Below, piece by piece: positions 10,401 to 22,400 of a DNA stretch of 48,493 bases. Under the pieces are notes generated by a model, which did not search any database, was not told where the DNA came from, and saw only the letters and a program-made list of their open reading frames with translations. How positions within the stretch are numbered: position 1 is the first letter of the stretch; each line of letters starts with the position of its first letter. The DNA is from Tubiluchus corallicola. Its lineage: Eukaryota > Animalia > Priapulida. The stretch lies in assembly GCA_030141605.1 (NCBI GenBank), contig JAQGDQ010000345.1:204062-252554 (forward strand), read 5' to 3'. The position numbers were made by a program, and so were the translations under genes.

Positions 10401-13400
10401 GTGGCATTGGTCTTTGAAACCAACTTTTTAAAATCACCAGTGCTCCACACCTGAGAAAAACAAACGATTCATAAAAATGTAAAAATTCAACTCTTTCCTG
10501 CAAGTTTGACTATCAATAGCTCACATCTGAGGAACGAACATGCGGTGTGTCGGGAAATGAATGAACCTTTGCCATTTAAAAAAATTATTTCTCATTCAAT
10601 AAACCAGCCGTTTTCTCTTTGTTGGTTTTAAAAGGCTTCGAAGTTTTACAAAAACCAGGGCTTAAATTGACAACTCCATCACTAACATTGAACTGTGTAA
10701 GAATTCATAATACATACAGTCCCGATAGGCAGAAGAATTGAGCTCATATTCCAGTGAGTTTTCTAGGCTTATTGAAATAAACTTACAAGTGCCAGTTACA
10801 TAAATCGTCTCCAGTGTAAATCAGCTATACCATGCATATAGCCTAGTTTTAGTTTTTTTTAGTTTAGTTTATTACTATCACATTCAGTACAATATAATGA
10901 CATTAAGAACACAGTGACATGAAAATTGTTACTTCAAACTGTAATAAAATATTGTTTCATACACTATTGTTATCATAAAAGAATAATTGTACTGCAGTGG
11001 GCTAGAGAAGCAAAGGCTCGTATAAGCCCACTGTCATGTGAACCCGATAAAAAAACAATGGATGAGTGAACAAAAAAAAAGAACTGGGAGAAAGGTTAGA
11101 TCACACAGGAAGGGTAGAAGGATGTGTTAGTGGAAATGGTAGGAAGAAAGATAATAGATTGCGCTGTGTTGACATCAGCTCTAAAGATTTATCAATGATG
11201 CCTTATTTTGCATAATCTGTACCAGGATTGTGGTACGACTGCTGCAGTAGGTGTGGGAAATTAGGAAGTGTTGTACTTGTTGAGAATCAATGCTCTGTAT
11301 TTCTTTTTAAATTTTTGAATTGGCTGAACAGTTTTTAATTCATCATTTATGTCATTCCTTAGGCAACTTACATAACCTCGTGAGAATGAAGAATTCCTTC
11401 CTACAAAGCTTAATCAAGATTCACCAAATGGGTAATAGGGGTGAGCATTCTCTTCCAGAAAGGAAATTCGAATCGAATCGAATTTGCGACTTTCAAATTT
11501 GAATCGAACCGAATTTCAGTATTTCGATTTCGAATCGAGTTTGAAAGATTTTCCAACAAGTTTTCGAACCAGTAGCAAAAATGGGTCTTACAAAGATCAT
11601 GCATATTTTTTGATTTTGTTCTGCAGTAAAACCACTATGAGTTTGTTAAAAATTTTGCATAGAAACTGCAGCTAAATTGCACTAATTGCATGAAGCTTCA
11701 AACATTTTAATGATAAAGAACGTATGTGGCTGAAGTGCTGAACTATTTGAATCTATAATTTCAGGTTCAAATCAAATTTCAAGTAAAAAAACTTGTTTGA
11801 ATTGAATTCAAACGTGCAATGCTCACCCGTAATGGGTAATTGAACATAGTGGAAAAAATTTAGATAAAAATAGTGAAAACTAATACTAATCTAGCTAGCA
11901 TTCAAATAGTCAAGCAGTTTATATTAACAATTTTTAACATATTTATCTACTATTGCTACTCTGTATGTTTTCAAAATGTAGGTTACGTACCTCTTCTAAG
12001 ACAGCGATGTCATAATCGCCCTTTGCTAAGAGATCACCCACTGCATTGAACCGTTCACTACGATGCTTAGATGCGAATGACAGCGGTATCCCCCTACACC
12101 AAAACCACTCGATGTCAGAAAATGTCATAAGTCATTTATTTCACATTACACATTTACAATAGTTTCATGTACAATATCTAGTGAAAGGGCCTACAATGAA
12201 CATAATACAAATAAGAATTACTGCACAGGAAAAGCCTCAAACACTGTTCACCTATATACGAAGGTAAATGTGTTGCAGGCAATCAAAAAGCAGGGCTTGT
12301 TAGATTGTCCCACACAGTGAAAGAAAAAAAGTAATGGAAATAATCTGAAAATTTAAAGTGAATCGTGTGATAAAGAAAACATTTAGTGCTTAAAATGGAA
12401 TGATGTAATGAATGAAGCTCATATATGAGATGATACAAAAGATAGAAAGACTATTATTTGTTAATATAATATTTTGTAACTAAATGATGGCCCAACCAAA
12501 AAGTTTAGTAATAAACACGAGCTCGTTAAGCCAATCATCTGGCTAAATGATAGCAATTACAGTAAACTCCGCGTAACTCAAAATCGCACAACTCAAATTT
12601 TTACCCGATTCAAAGAATTTTAGCGGAACGGATGAAATCCTTCGTTATTTCCACAAAAAAACATCGCTTGCTTAACTCAAAATTGCTCCGAATTCAAATA
12701 ATTATGACCATTTAAGCACCATTAGCACCACAAATTTTTTACAATTTTCACTAACCTGAGAAGGGTAGCTGACTCGATGACCAATTGGTCTTTCGCTACT
12801 TGGCCTTTCCCCTGCACCCCCTTAACTCTTTCCTTTATGCTTAATTTATCCTTTTTAATCAATAACTAAGAAAATAATAGTCAATTTGTATACAGGTATA
12901 AATGAGGAGATAAATAAAAATGTCTATGTCTATGTCTATGTCTATGTCTATGTCTATGTCTATGTCTATGTCTATGTCTATGTCCATGTCCATGTCCATG
13001 TCCATGTCCATGTCCATGTCTATGTCTATGTCTATGTCTATGTCCATGTCTATGTCTATGTCTATGTCTATGTCTATGTCTATGTCATTTAATAAAAAAT
13101 ACATGTAATTTACATCGCCTAACTCAAAAATGCGATTTATACTCTAAAAAAACAAGGAATTTCGTACAACTCAAAAACAGTGTCGTCTTCCGGGAAAATT
13201 CTAATATTTTACAAGTCGTGCCGTTATTTTCTCCTGGATTGATCTTTCCGGGAAAGTCTAATCGTGTTTCACTGCAATAATTTGTTATTCTTTACATAAT
13301 TGTCATCAAATCGTGTCGTTTATGTATAGAAGGGTTGAATTTCTGCCTTCTATTTGGCTCTCTGGAGGATTTGAAAATGATCTATGCTTGAAAATGATCA

Positions 13401-16400
13401 ACATCGCCCAACTCAAAGTTTTTTTTTATCGGTTCAGTTGGGTTAAGTTAAGCAGAGTTTACTGTATTACCCAGGGCTTATTTCAAGGGGGGAAATGGGG
13501 ATACTTCCCCGAGGCCTCACCCTCCAGGGGGGCCTCGCGCCAAGGTAACTTTTTTTTTGCTTTATGCGAACATACTGCCTCCTCTCTCTCTCTTGCCGCA
13601 CGCATGCCGTTTGCCAGTATTGACAAGTTTTAAGGACTGATCTTGAGAATAAAGCAGTTTTTCTTTCACTTGTTCTTTCCTTTAACAACTGTATAACTCC
13701 ATATTTTCTCTTCAAAAATGCTTCTCCGGCGTTTCTAGCAGTTCAAAAATTTTCTGGGCGCCAACCACGGTAGCGCCCGCCCCCGGCACTCCCCCCCCCC
13801 CGAAGGGGCCTCACACGCCTCACCTCCCCGGGCCTCGCCTAGGCTGAAATAGGCCCTGGTATTACCATCACATTCAAAGTAATAATGACTCATGAGTGTA
13901 AAGCAAAGAAAAGCTGGCGTCAGATGCAGAACTTCAAAGAATTTCTTACGAGTCTCTGCTGCCAGTTAGTTTGTGTAACACAACCTCCATACTTTTCGTT
14001 GCACTGAGAAAGGCGAACATTGTGTACTGCGAGTGTAGAAAACTCTACAAGCAGCTGCATAAAAGGAACCATTTGTAAAAACTTTATAGCTGACAGCATA
14101 GAATTATTGAATTTGTACACAGCTTAAAGAGTATATTAGACTGAAGTTAATGTAGACTGGTTCACTCTGGTGGTTGAAACAAAGAATATGAAATTGTGTT
14201 GAACTGTGGAGACTGAAGTTAGTGTAGACTGTTGTTCACTCTGGTGGTTGAAACAAAGAATATGAAATTGTGTTGAACTGTGGAGACTGAAGTTAGTATA
14301 GACTGTTGTAGACTGGCTCACTCTGGTGGTTGAAACAAAAAACATGAAATTGTGTTGAACTGTGAAAGACTGAAGTTAGTGTAGACTGGTTCACTCTGGT
14401 GGTTGAAACAAAGAATATGAAATTGTGTTGAACTGTGGAGACTGAAGTTAGTATAGACTGTTGTAGACTGGCTCACTCTGGTGGTTGAAACAAAAAACAT
14501 GAAATTGTGTTCAACTGTGAAAGACTGAAGTTAGTGTAGACTGGTTCACTCTGGTAGTTGAAACAAAAAACATGAAATTGTGTTGAACTGTGAAAGATTT
14601 GATTTCAACTTACATATTACACTATTATTTACAGGACAGAAGACGCATGGTGACCATTCAACAGCAATGGTCAAGAAGAAAAAACCCAGCTGGCCTTGGC
14701 AGAGGAAGTCACATGTACAAACTGAGCTTCCTGATTGGCTAATAAGACACACCAGCAATCAACTCTACCATATATGGGAAACCCACAGGTGACTGAGCAG
14801 CACTTACCAAGGCCACAACCTGGATTAAACTTGACTCAGTTCAACAATAAATAATGTTAAATGTAGGTGGCAGCACATATTAAATTATGATTGTAGTACA
14901 GTACTTTAAATCAGGGGTGTGCAAACAGCGGCCCGCGGACCACTTGCGGCCCGCCGAGAGATCTTGTGCGGCCCGCAAAGAGGTTTGTCAACGTGATGAA
15001 AGTGCGGCCCACGTGATGCAGCTGAAGTCTGCGCCAATTTCGCAAAGATAGTGCGGGTAGTTTTTCCCTCTAGATCGGATGGCATTAACCCTTACAAGAC
15101 CGTTGTCACTTAATGTCACTGTCGGACATGACGAAATATATGGTTTTTAATATAAATTTTAATAACTTCTAAAATAGTTTCTTGAGTATAGTAGTGCAGT
15201 AGCAATAATGTGCGCAAATCGGATGCAAAAAAATCGTTATTAGGTCCTACTGTACTTGGCTCCTTGACCAAACTGCATGTGGCCAACAGGAATTGCGAGA
15301 AAGCTTAATGTGGCCCGGCTTGTCAGATAATTTGCACACCCCTGCTTTAAATTAAGAATTGCAAACGAAATACGCAGCAGCAGATGCAGCTACAAGCTAC
15401 AACTTCAAACTAAATTGGAGACTATCACATGTTAATACAACAAGCACCTAGTTTTGTTTGTCACTCGTTCCAGTTGATTAGACCCAAGTCAAAATGAATA
15501 CAGTAGGCTAATGTTAAAGCACAGGAAAACGCTTCTCATAAAATCACTGACTTGTAGCCTTATTGTGCACAGAGCTTGCATTAGTAGTAACACTGGGTAA
15601 AACTCCTAAATTTGAACTTCACCGGTGACTGTTAGACGCAGAAAATTTAACAGGAGGTCGTGGAAGCAAGTTTAAACAGTTTGTGCAATGGCAGGCATCT
15701 TCCCTTGCACGTCAAGCACATTTGTGTAAGTGTTACTGCTTAAACGAGTGACGAAAATGCGCTCTACTAACACAGCAGTTCATGATCACGGTTATCATGG
15801 TACCACCTTCTATACGTCAGCAACACGCAGCTGACAAAAAGGCACCATTGCCAAACTTAGTAGATTCACCGAGCTGCACGAAGCTTTGAAAGTAGTACGA
15901 AATTTAAATTTGAGTATCCGAGGTAATTATTACTTAATCTAAGCATTGATTAAAAAAACTATTGAGGTTTTCAATATTTTAAAGCATTCTTTATTGTGAA
16001 ATAATGTTTACACAATTGTCTAGTTTTCCTTTAAGTAAATTAATCCATTAACACAGAGAATACATCACTGTCAATAAATTTTTTTGAATGATCAATACAT
16101 CACTCTCACACAATGAGAAATTATATTACACAGCTGCAAGTGAGCTTAAGAGAAAGTAAAAAACACAGTATTGATGCAAAAACATCTTAGAAAGCTTGCA
16201 CCTTGCATTTTTTGATCAACAATAAAATTGGACGAAGACGATAATAAATCCAAAAAGTGAAACAACAAAAGTGAAATAATGTCACAATTCTTGCAATAAT
16301 TTCCAAGAATAAAGCACCCGCATAACTATGTAACTGAAAAATCAACAAAAACAAACAAACAAAATACTTCTCTCTAACACACTAAACAAACAAAAACCAC

Positions 16401-19400
16401 AAAAACGCATCATGTTCAGGGGCATATCAACTAATAGGTTAACTAGGCTATACCCTAGGGCGTCAAAGTTTGAGGGCTTCGCATTTTACAAAAAATTCTT
16501 ATCCTTCTCGGAAAATGTGTACAAATTCATATTCGTGTAAAGGGCGCATTTTATAACACACCGCAAGCAGTTACTGAGAACAGTTTTATACAAGTGCCAC
16601 ATAACGAACAGATGCAATGTCGGACACAACAAGCAGTTGTGCAGCCTGCCTGAATATGAGCGGTATACAAATATATGTAAATAATAATGACCACGTAGAA
16701 ATTAAGTTAATAGTGTTTTCAATATGAAAAAAATCGTAAATGAAGAGCAATATTATATCAGTATAAGATGAATGCTGTATCTGATATTGACATGAGATTG
16801 TGAACAATGAATGACATAGATTCGACAGCTCTAAAAGAGCTATAGTCTTTCTTAAATTACATGAGAAATTGGGGGGAGGGGGGAGGGGGTTCTAGATCTA
16901 TTGAGTTCAATCTGGTATGCTTGAGCTATAGATACATGTTCAGCAGAGACAATGAACTACAAGCTAACATGTAAATAGCTTAATGCTGTACCAGATTCAC
17001 TTTAAGTTTCATTAGTTTGGCCTGCAGTTATAGATTATATTATATGAAAAAATCGTAAACGAAAAGTCTTGATACGCCCCTGATTATCTTCGAATAAGTT
17101 TTCACGCTACTTCGAAGCCAACTCATCCATACAATTTTTTTAGCCAAAATTTCAGCCATAGATAATTTCTTTAGCCATTTTTGCATTATATTAATCATAG
17201 TGTAATGAAAGCACATTAGAGTACAAAGGTACTCATTTGCCAAGAACTTAGACCAGTGGTTCTTAACCTGGGTTCGATCCAACCCTAGGGGTTCGGTGAA
17301 TCAATCTCAGGGGTTCGGCAGTATCCAGTTATTGCTAAGAAAACCCTGGATTTTTTTATACCATTTGTTACAACATATCTTTGTGAGCAATCCTTTTCGA
17401 GGATGCTGGACATAAAAACGAAGAAAAGGAACAGACTTTGCTTTGAAAATGACATGAGAGTGGCACTTGCCAAGGTGAAGCCACGCATATCTGAACTGGT
17501 CTCTCAAAGGCAACAGCAGAAGTCACACTGATTTGCAGGTATGTAATTTGTTGTGAGTTTATGCATTGTGTTGGTTTTGTTCTTTGAACAAGGTGATGTT
17601 CATGCACGGCTCATTTTGTGTACAAGTAAAAAACATATCTATGTCTTGAATTTGAAAAAAATCATATTTTATTTTTCACTAAAGAGGGGTTCGGTGAATG
17701 CGCATATGAAACTGGTGGGGTTCGGTACCTCCAACAAGGTTAAGAACCACTGACTTAGACACTTGATATTCTCATTCTGACTAAACTTTAGTTTTTGCCT
17801 AAAGGTTATAGAAGGCGCCCTGCATTTGTTAATCTTTGAAAACTTTGCACCATCAGCTGACTGCGAGGATAAGAAGCCATGTTTTCGAAAAATTCAAATG
17901 TCAAGGTCGTCATCTGGATCTTCTTCGTCGAAATCATCGGCTTCATCAGGATGGTAAAATATCCTCCCGCCTTCACCGGAGCCGCGTTCGCTTGTCTCGA
18001 AGCTCTGCTCTTTGTCGCGAACTTGAGTGTACGGAAGAACAAGTCTGCTTCGTGCCTGTTTCTCTTGGTCTGTCAATAATATCTTAAAAGACATGTGATC
18101 CGAGGGACCCGCAACACGATCTTCTCTGAAGCTCATCGCAGAGAGTTTGCCAGCAATGACGGGTACACACGATTCCAAAACGTAACCGTCTCCGATTGCA
18201 ACCTCTTCCAAGCCACGAATGATCTTTCCCGAAGGTTTTTTAAGAAGAACGGCACACTGCCTGTCTTTCTTAACGTTCACAATGGTAGAAGCCACATGCT
18301 CTAACTGTGCTATAACACCTTCGCCGTGCAGATCAGCATGCACGTTGATAATGAGTTGATCACATGACTTATGCGATGACAGTCTTAGCAAACTGGAGCA
18401 AACTACAGACAGCGGCTCATGTAACAATAAGTGCGACAAAGTATGAACAAAAACAACAGCAGGAGCGTCTAGTAAATCCAGATCTTTTTCCACTTTCTCA
18501 AAGAGGTCTTTCTTCCTTTCAAACACTCCACACGGATCCGACCAACCGTCATAGACGGTTGTTTTTGAAATAGTGTCATCGTCCAGACCTTTGAGGAAAT
18601 TTTGCGCACTGCTTTCGCTCAAAATCAATTTTATCGTTCCGTATCTTCTTGCAGTGCTCACGAGAAAACACTTCAGGAGGGACAAGCTGGACTGCGACAC
18701 CGTATCCGTGATGAGGCAAATATCAGACACCTCCTTTCCGTTGATAATAGCATCAAGCACCATGTTTCACTCTGCTCTCATTCAAATAGCGACCTCAGAC
18801 TGCAAGATGATTTCCTAAACGTGCAGAGCAATTAAAAAATGTAAACTTAACCCTTTCAGTCCCAAATTATTTTTTAATAAGAAAAAAATTTTTGGTTTGG
18901 TACTTTTGTTCAGTGTGTCCATCTTGTTTACACATAATAATGATTTTTTTCTACCTGTGCCCGCGTGCTAAATATAGCCTGTATCCCACGGGATACATTG
19001 GGATTCAGTGGAAGCATAAAATGTGCTTCATTTTGCAACTGCTGATAATTTTTAAAGTATTTAAGACATTTAGTATGCACGCTATGCTGATCTGTACAAA
19101 GTCGTCTCTAAAGTACTGTACCTTGCGCAGTTTTTTATGTTATGTAGATTTTCTAGTTTGCCATTTTATCACCATTTTAGTCTATTGTTATTGGCTTAAA
19201 TCAAAATAACTATTAACAGATCAAATAACCATCAGTTTTAAAATTTTATGAAGTTTAAAGGCAGAAAATATTCTCGTATCCCACGGGATACAACGGGTAT
19301 GAAAGGGTTAAATATTAAATATTTAAAACAAGTATGAGATTATATACATGTGGCACTCGATTATTTTATTGCTACACATAACCTGATATCTTACATGCGT

Positions 19401-22400
19401 CTAACTTTTTACCATAAATTCTGTCAAAATATGGTTTTGCCTGTACAATATATATATATATAACAACTGCCGAAATCATTAAAGGAAAGATCAAGCTTTC
19501 TGGGAAGCTAGGCTTATTTCAGTGTTCACGAAAAATTTAGGATTTAGCCATGACAATATGTTAAGCGCCTAGCGTAATTAGTAAAATCATTTGATCGCTT
19601 GGGCAGTACCATTTTGAATCGCCATTCTTTCACCAATGACAACATTCAGTGCACTGTCAAGTTCTGTCAAAACTATAAGTTTTTACAAAAAATGAGACGG
19701 CTAATTTTGTCATAGTTTCGTATTAACATTAGGTAAGCTGCAGAAGTTTGAATTAGTTTTTCAGCAGCTCACACTTACAGTAAGCCACGAAGCGCTTACA
19801 AAAAGTCATAAAGTCACCAGTTACGTCATCACTTTCAATTTCCGTCTGAGAGGTCGTGAGTTCGAACCAGCGGCCGGGTCATACCAAAGATTTTAAAAAT
19901 GGTACCTGCTGTTACCCTGCCGGACGCGTGGTATTTAGGGTAAAAGTGGGGTAATAATAGTCTCTGTTATGCAGTTGTAGGTTGTTATTTGCAGTCGGTG
20001 ATAATAGCTCTTTGAGCTAATGTTAATTGTTGACCCAAAAGCCGACTTTATATATAGATTATTATTATTATTATATTATTATTATAATTGAATGGCAGCT
20101 ACCACCATGCTTGAAAATTTCTATAGCACCTACAGCAAATTTCTTTGTCACATTTTTCAAAGTTTAAGTGATAACATAAAATAAACCCAACATCCTAAGT
20201 GACTTGTCCTTTCCCTTAAAGCGGCTTACAAACGAATACTAATACTAACATTTATCAGTTAATTGCAATGATGAATTGTAAAACAATCAGTACATAACAG
20301 CAGATGTAGTATCTATAAACAAGTATGAAACAATTTTTAACTAGGTAATACAAAATGAAAAAGTCAACAGCCAAGCTAAGTCATCTTCCTATGTACGCCT
20401 GCTTAAAAGATTCAATTTTCAATAAACCATTTATTTTCTGAATCGAAAACCGTTCGTCTAAGCTCAGCATCATTCCTACGTAGTGCAGCTGATTTATTTA
20501 GCAAAGCTATGTAACAACACTTTCTCCCACATTACTGCTTTGCTAACAAGTTGTTGCTATGACAACCGTCAGCAGGCAAAAATTTGTTTATTTAAAAAAT
20601 CAGATTAACTACCCGGAGAGAACTCCGGAGACGGGGACAGTTGTCCCAATGGGGTCGGCATACATGAAGACTAGGTTTATAACAATACATCGATGCATCG
20701 TGATACTTTTTGTAACTATACATGTATCGTCAAAATGCACCAGTATCACGATAATGCGAATCATTGATATGTAGCACAAGCTAGACTGTCCGCTGATAAA
20801 AAGCAGCGTGAAATAATTCAAGCCACAGCTGTAGCTTAAAAGTGAGTGCAATGAGCGCAGCATATATAGGCAGCTTGACAACACAACAACGTTTGATCAT
20901 TATAGTGTTTTAGAAGACAGGTCTAGATATTGATATACTAAAAGTTTATTTTCATGAAAAATGTAATTGTAACATTTTCAATTTGATTGTAATTGTAACC
21001 TGAAGTAACATTATACTAAATTTCTATGAAAAACCAAAGATAATGCCATACCCTGTGTGTTTTACCTATGCTACTAAATCAGGGGTGTGCAAATTATCTG
21101 ACTAGCCGGGCCACATTAAACTTTCCCGCAATTCCTGCGGGCCACAGGCAGTTTGATCAAGGAGCCAAGTACAGTAGGACCTAATAACGATTTTTTTGCA
21201 TCCGACCTGCGTACATCATTACTACTACACTCAAGAAACTATTTTAGAAGTTACTAAAATTCATATTACAAACCATATATTTCTACTTTCAGGACAGATA
21301 GTGGTAATTTCATTACAATGCATATTAGTAATGTGTATCACACAGTCCGTGTAGTACAGTGTTATTGTTATCTGATACCTTTCTAATGAATCTCTATTTA
21401 TTAAACTGTCACTGGTGTTTATTGATCAGACATGAGTAAGCAGTACGTTATGCAAAGCTTAAAAAAATGTAAAAATTCAAATCAGCATCAACTGACTCAA
21501 AAAATTAATAAGTTCCGAGTGTGATCCACATCATGCAGGCACGTGAACTATCAACTTCCTACATCACTAAGCAGCCAAGAAAAGAGGCAACAGACGAACA
21601 AACGGACAACAAACAAACAGAACCAATAATTCATAAACAGCCCACTGTTATATAGTTACTGATTTTCCTAGACAGACTTGCGTGTCTCAGTTTTGTATAA
21701 ACTCTTTTAAAATGTTGTTGCGTTTCTGTGTACTGTAGCTTTTAATCAGATTGCAAATTGTAAAGTCGTAAACCAACACAAATGATTGTAGAACTGCAGT
21801 CTCGAGAAAGAATGGTTTCTATTTATTTTGCCAAACACTACGGTAGAGAGAATAAATTCTTTACAAGTCCAAAACAAAGTTACAGCAAGAACAATGTTAT
21901 GGTTCACTTTCCACCAAATCTTAGACCAGGGATGAGAATCACGAATTGCAAAAAACTCTGAAACAGGCCGAGGGGTTTGGGGCCACCTAGGCCCCCAATG
22001 GGGTTCAAGGGAGCCCCCTTGGAACCAGGAACAAATTGCAATTTTGTGACCATAGAGAGCCTCTAAGTGGACTTAAAATATCAGTTACCTTGTTTCATGC
22101 ATAATTTAAAATACCCAACTATCAAGGATACATGATACCTAATTGTCTCAAAAGCGCCTAAGTACTGGCTGCTCCTATGCAAAAGTATATAAAAACTGTC
22201 TGCAATTGACTCAGATAATTCCGCACAATTGATTCTATATTTTTATGTACGTGATGTAAACAAAGTGACGGCCTGCCAACTAGCGGTCAACTTGTGAAAT
22301 AATGCACTGAGTCCGTAAAAATTTTCTCAATCACAAAAATGGCACTACCGGTCTTCCAAAAATTCGGAATTCCGAGTATCCGCGGAAAATTCTCATCCCT

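Noticed and set aside
12859-13108. DI/MS/VY dipeptide ORFs
   Set aside because: Hexamer microsatellite.
14808-14819. Possible 12-nt minus-strand microexon (cag|GTTGTGGCCTTG|gtaagt) adding LWPW to SMPD2
   Set aside because: The pyrimidine tract is weak, it would interrupt the conserved LNCWGIP motif, and the context resembles a decayed SINE. Junction reads would be needed.
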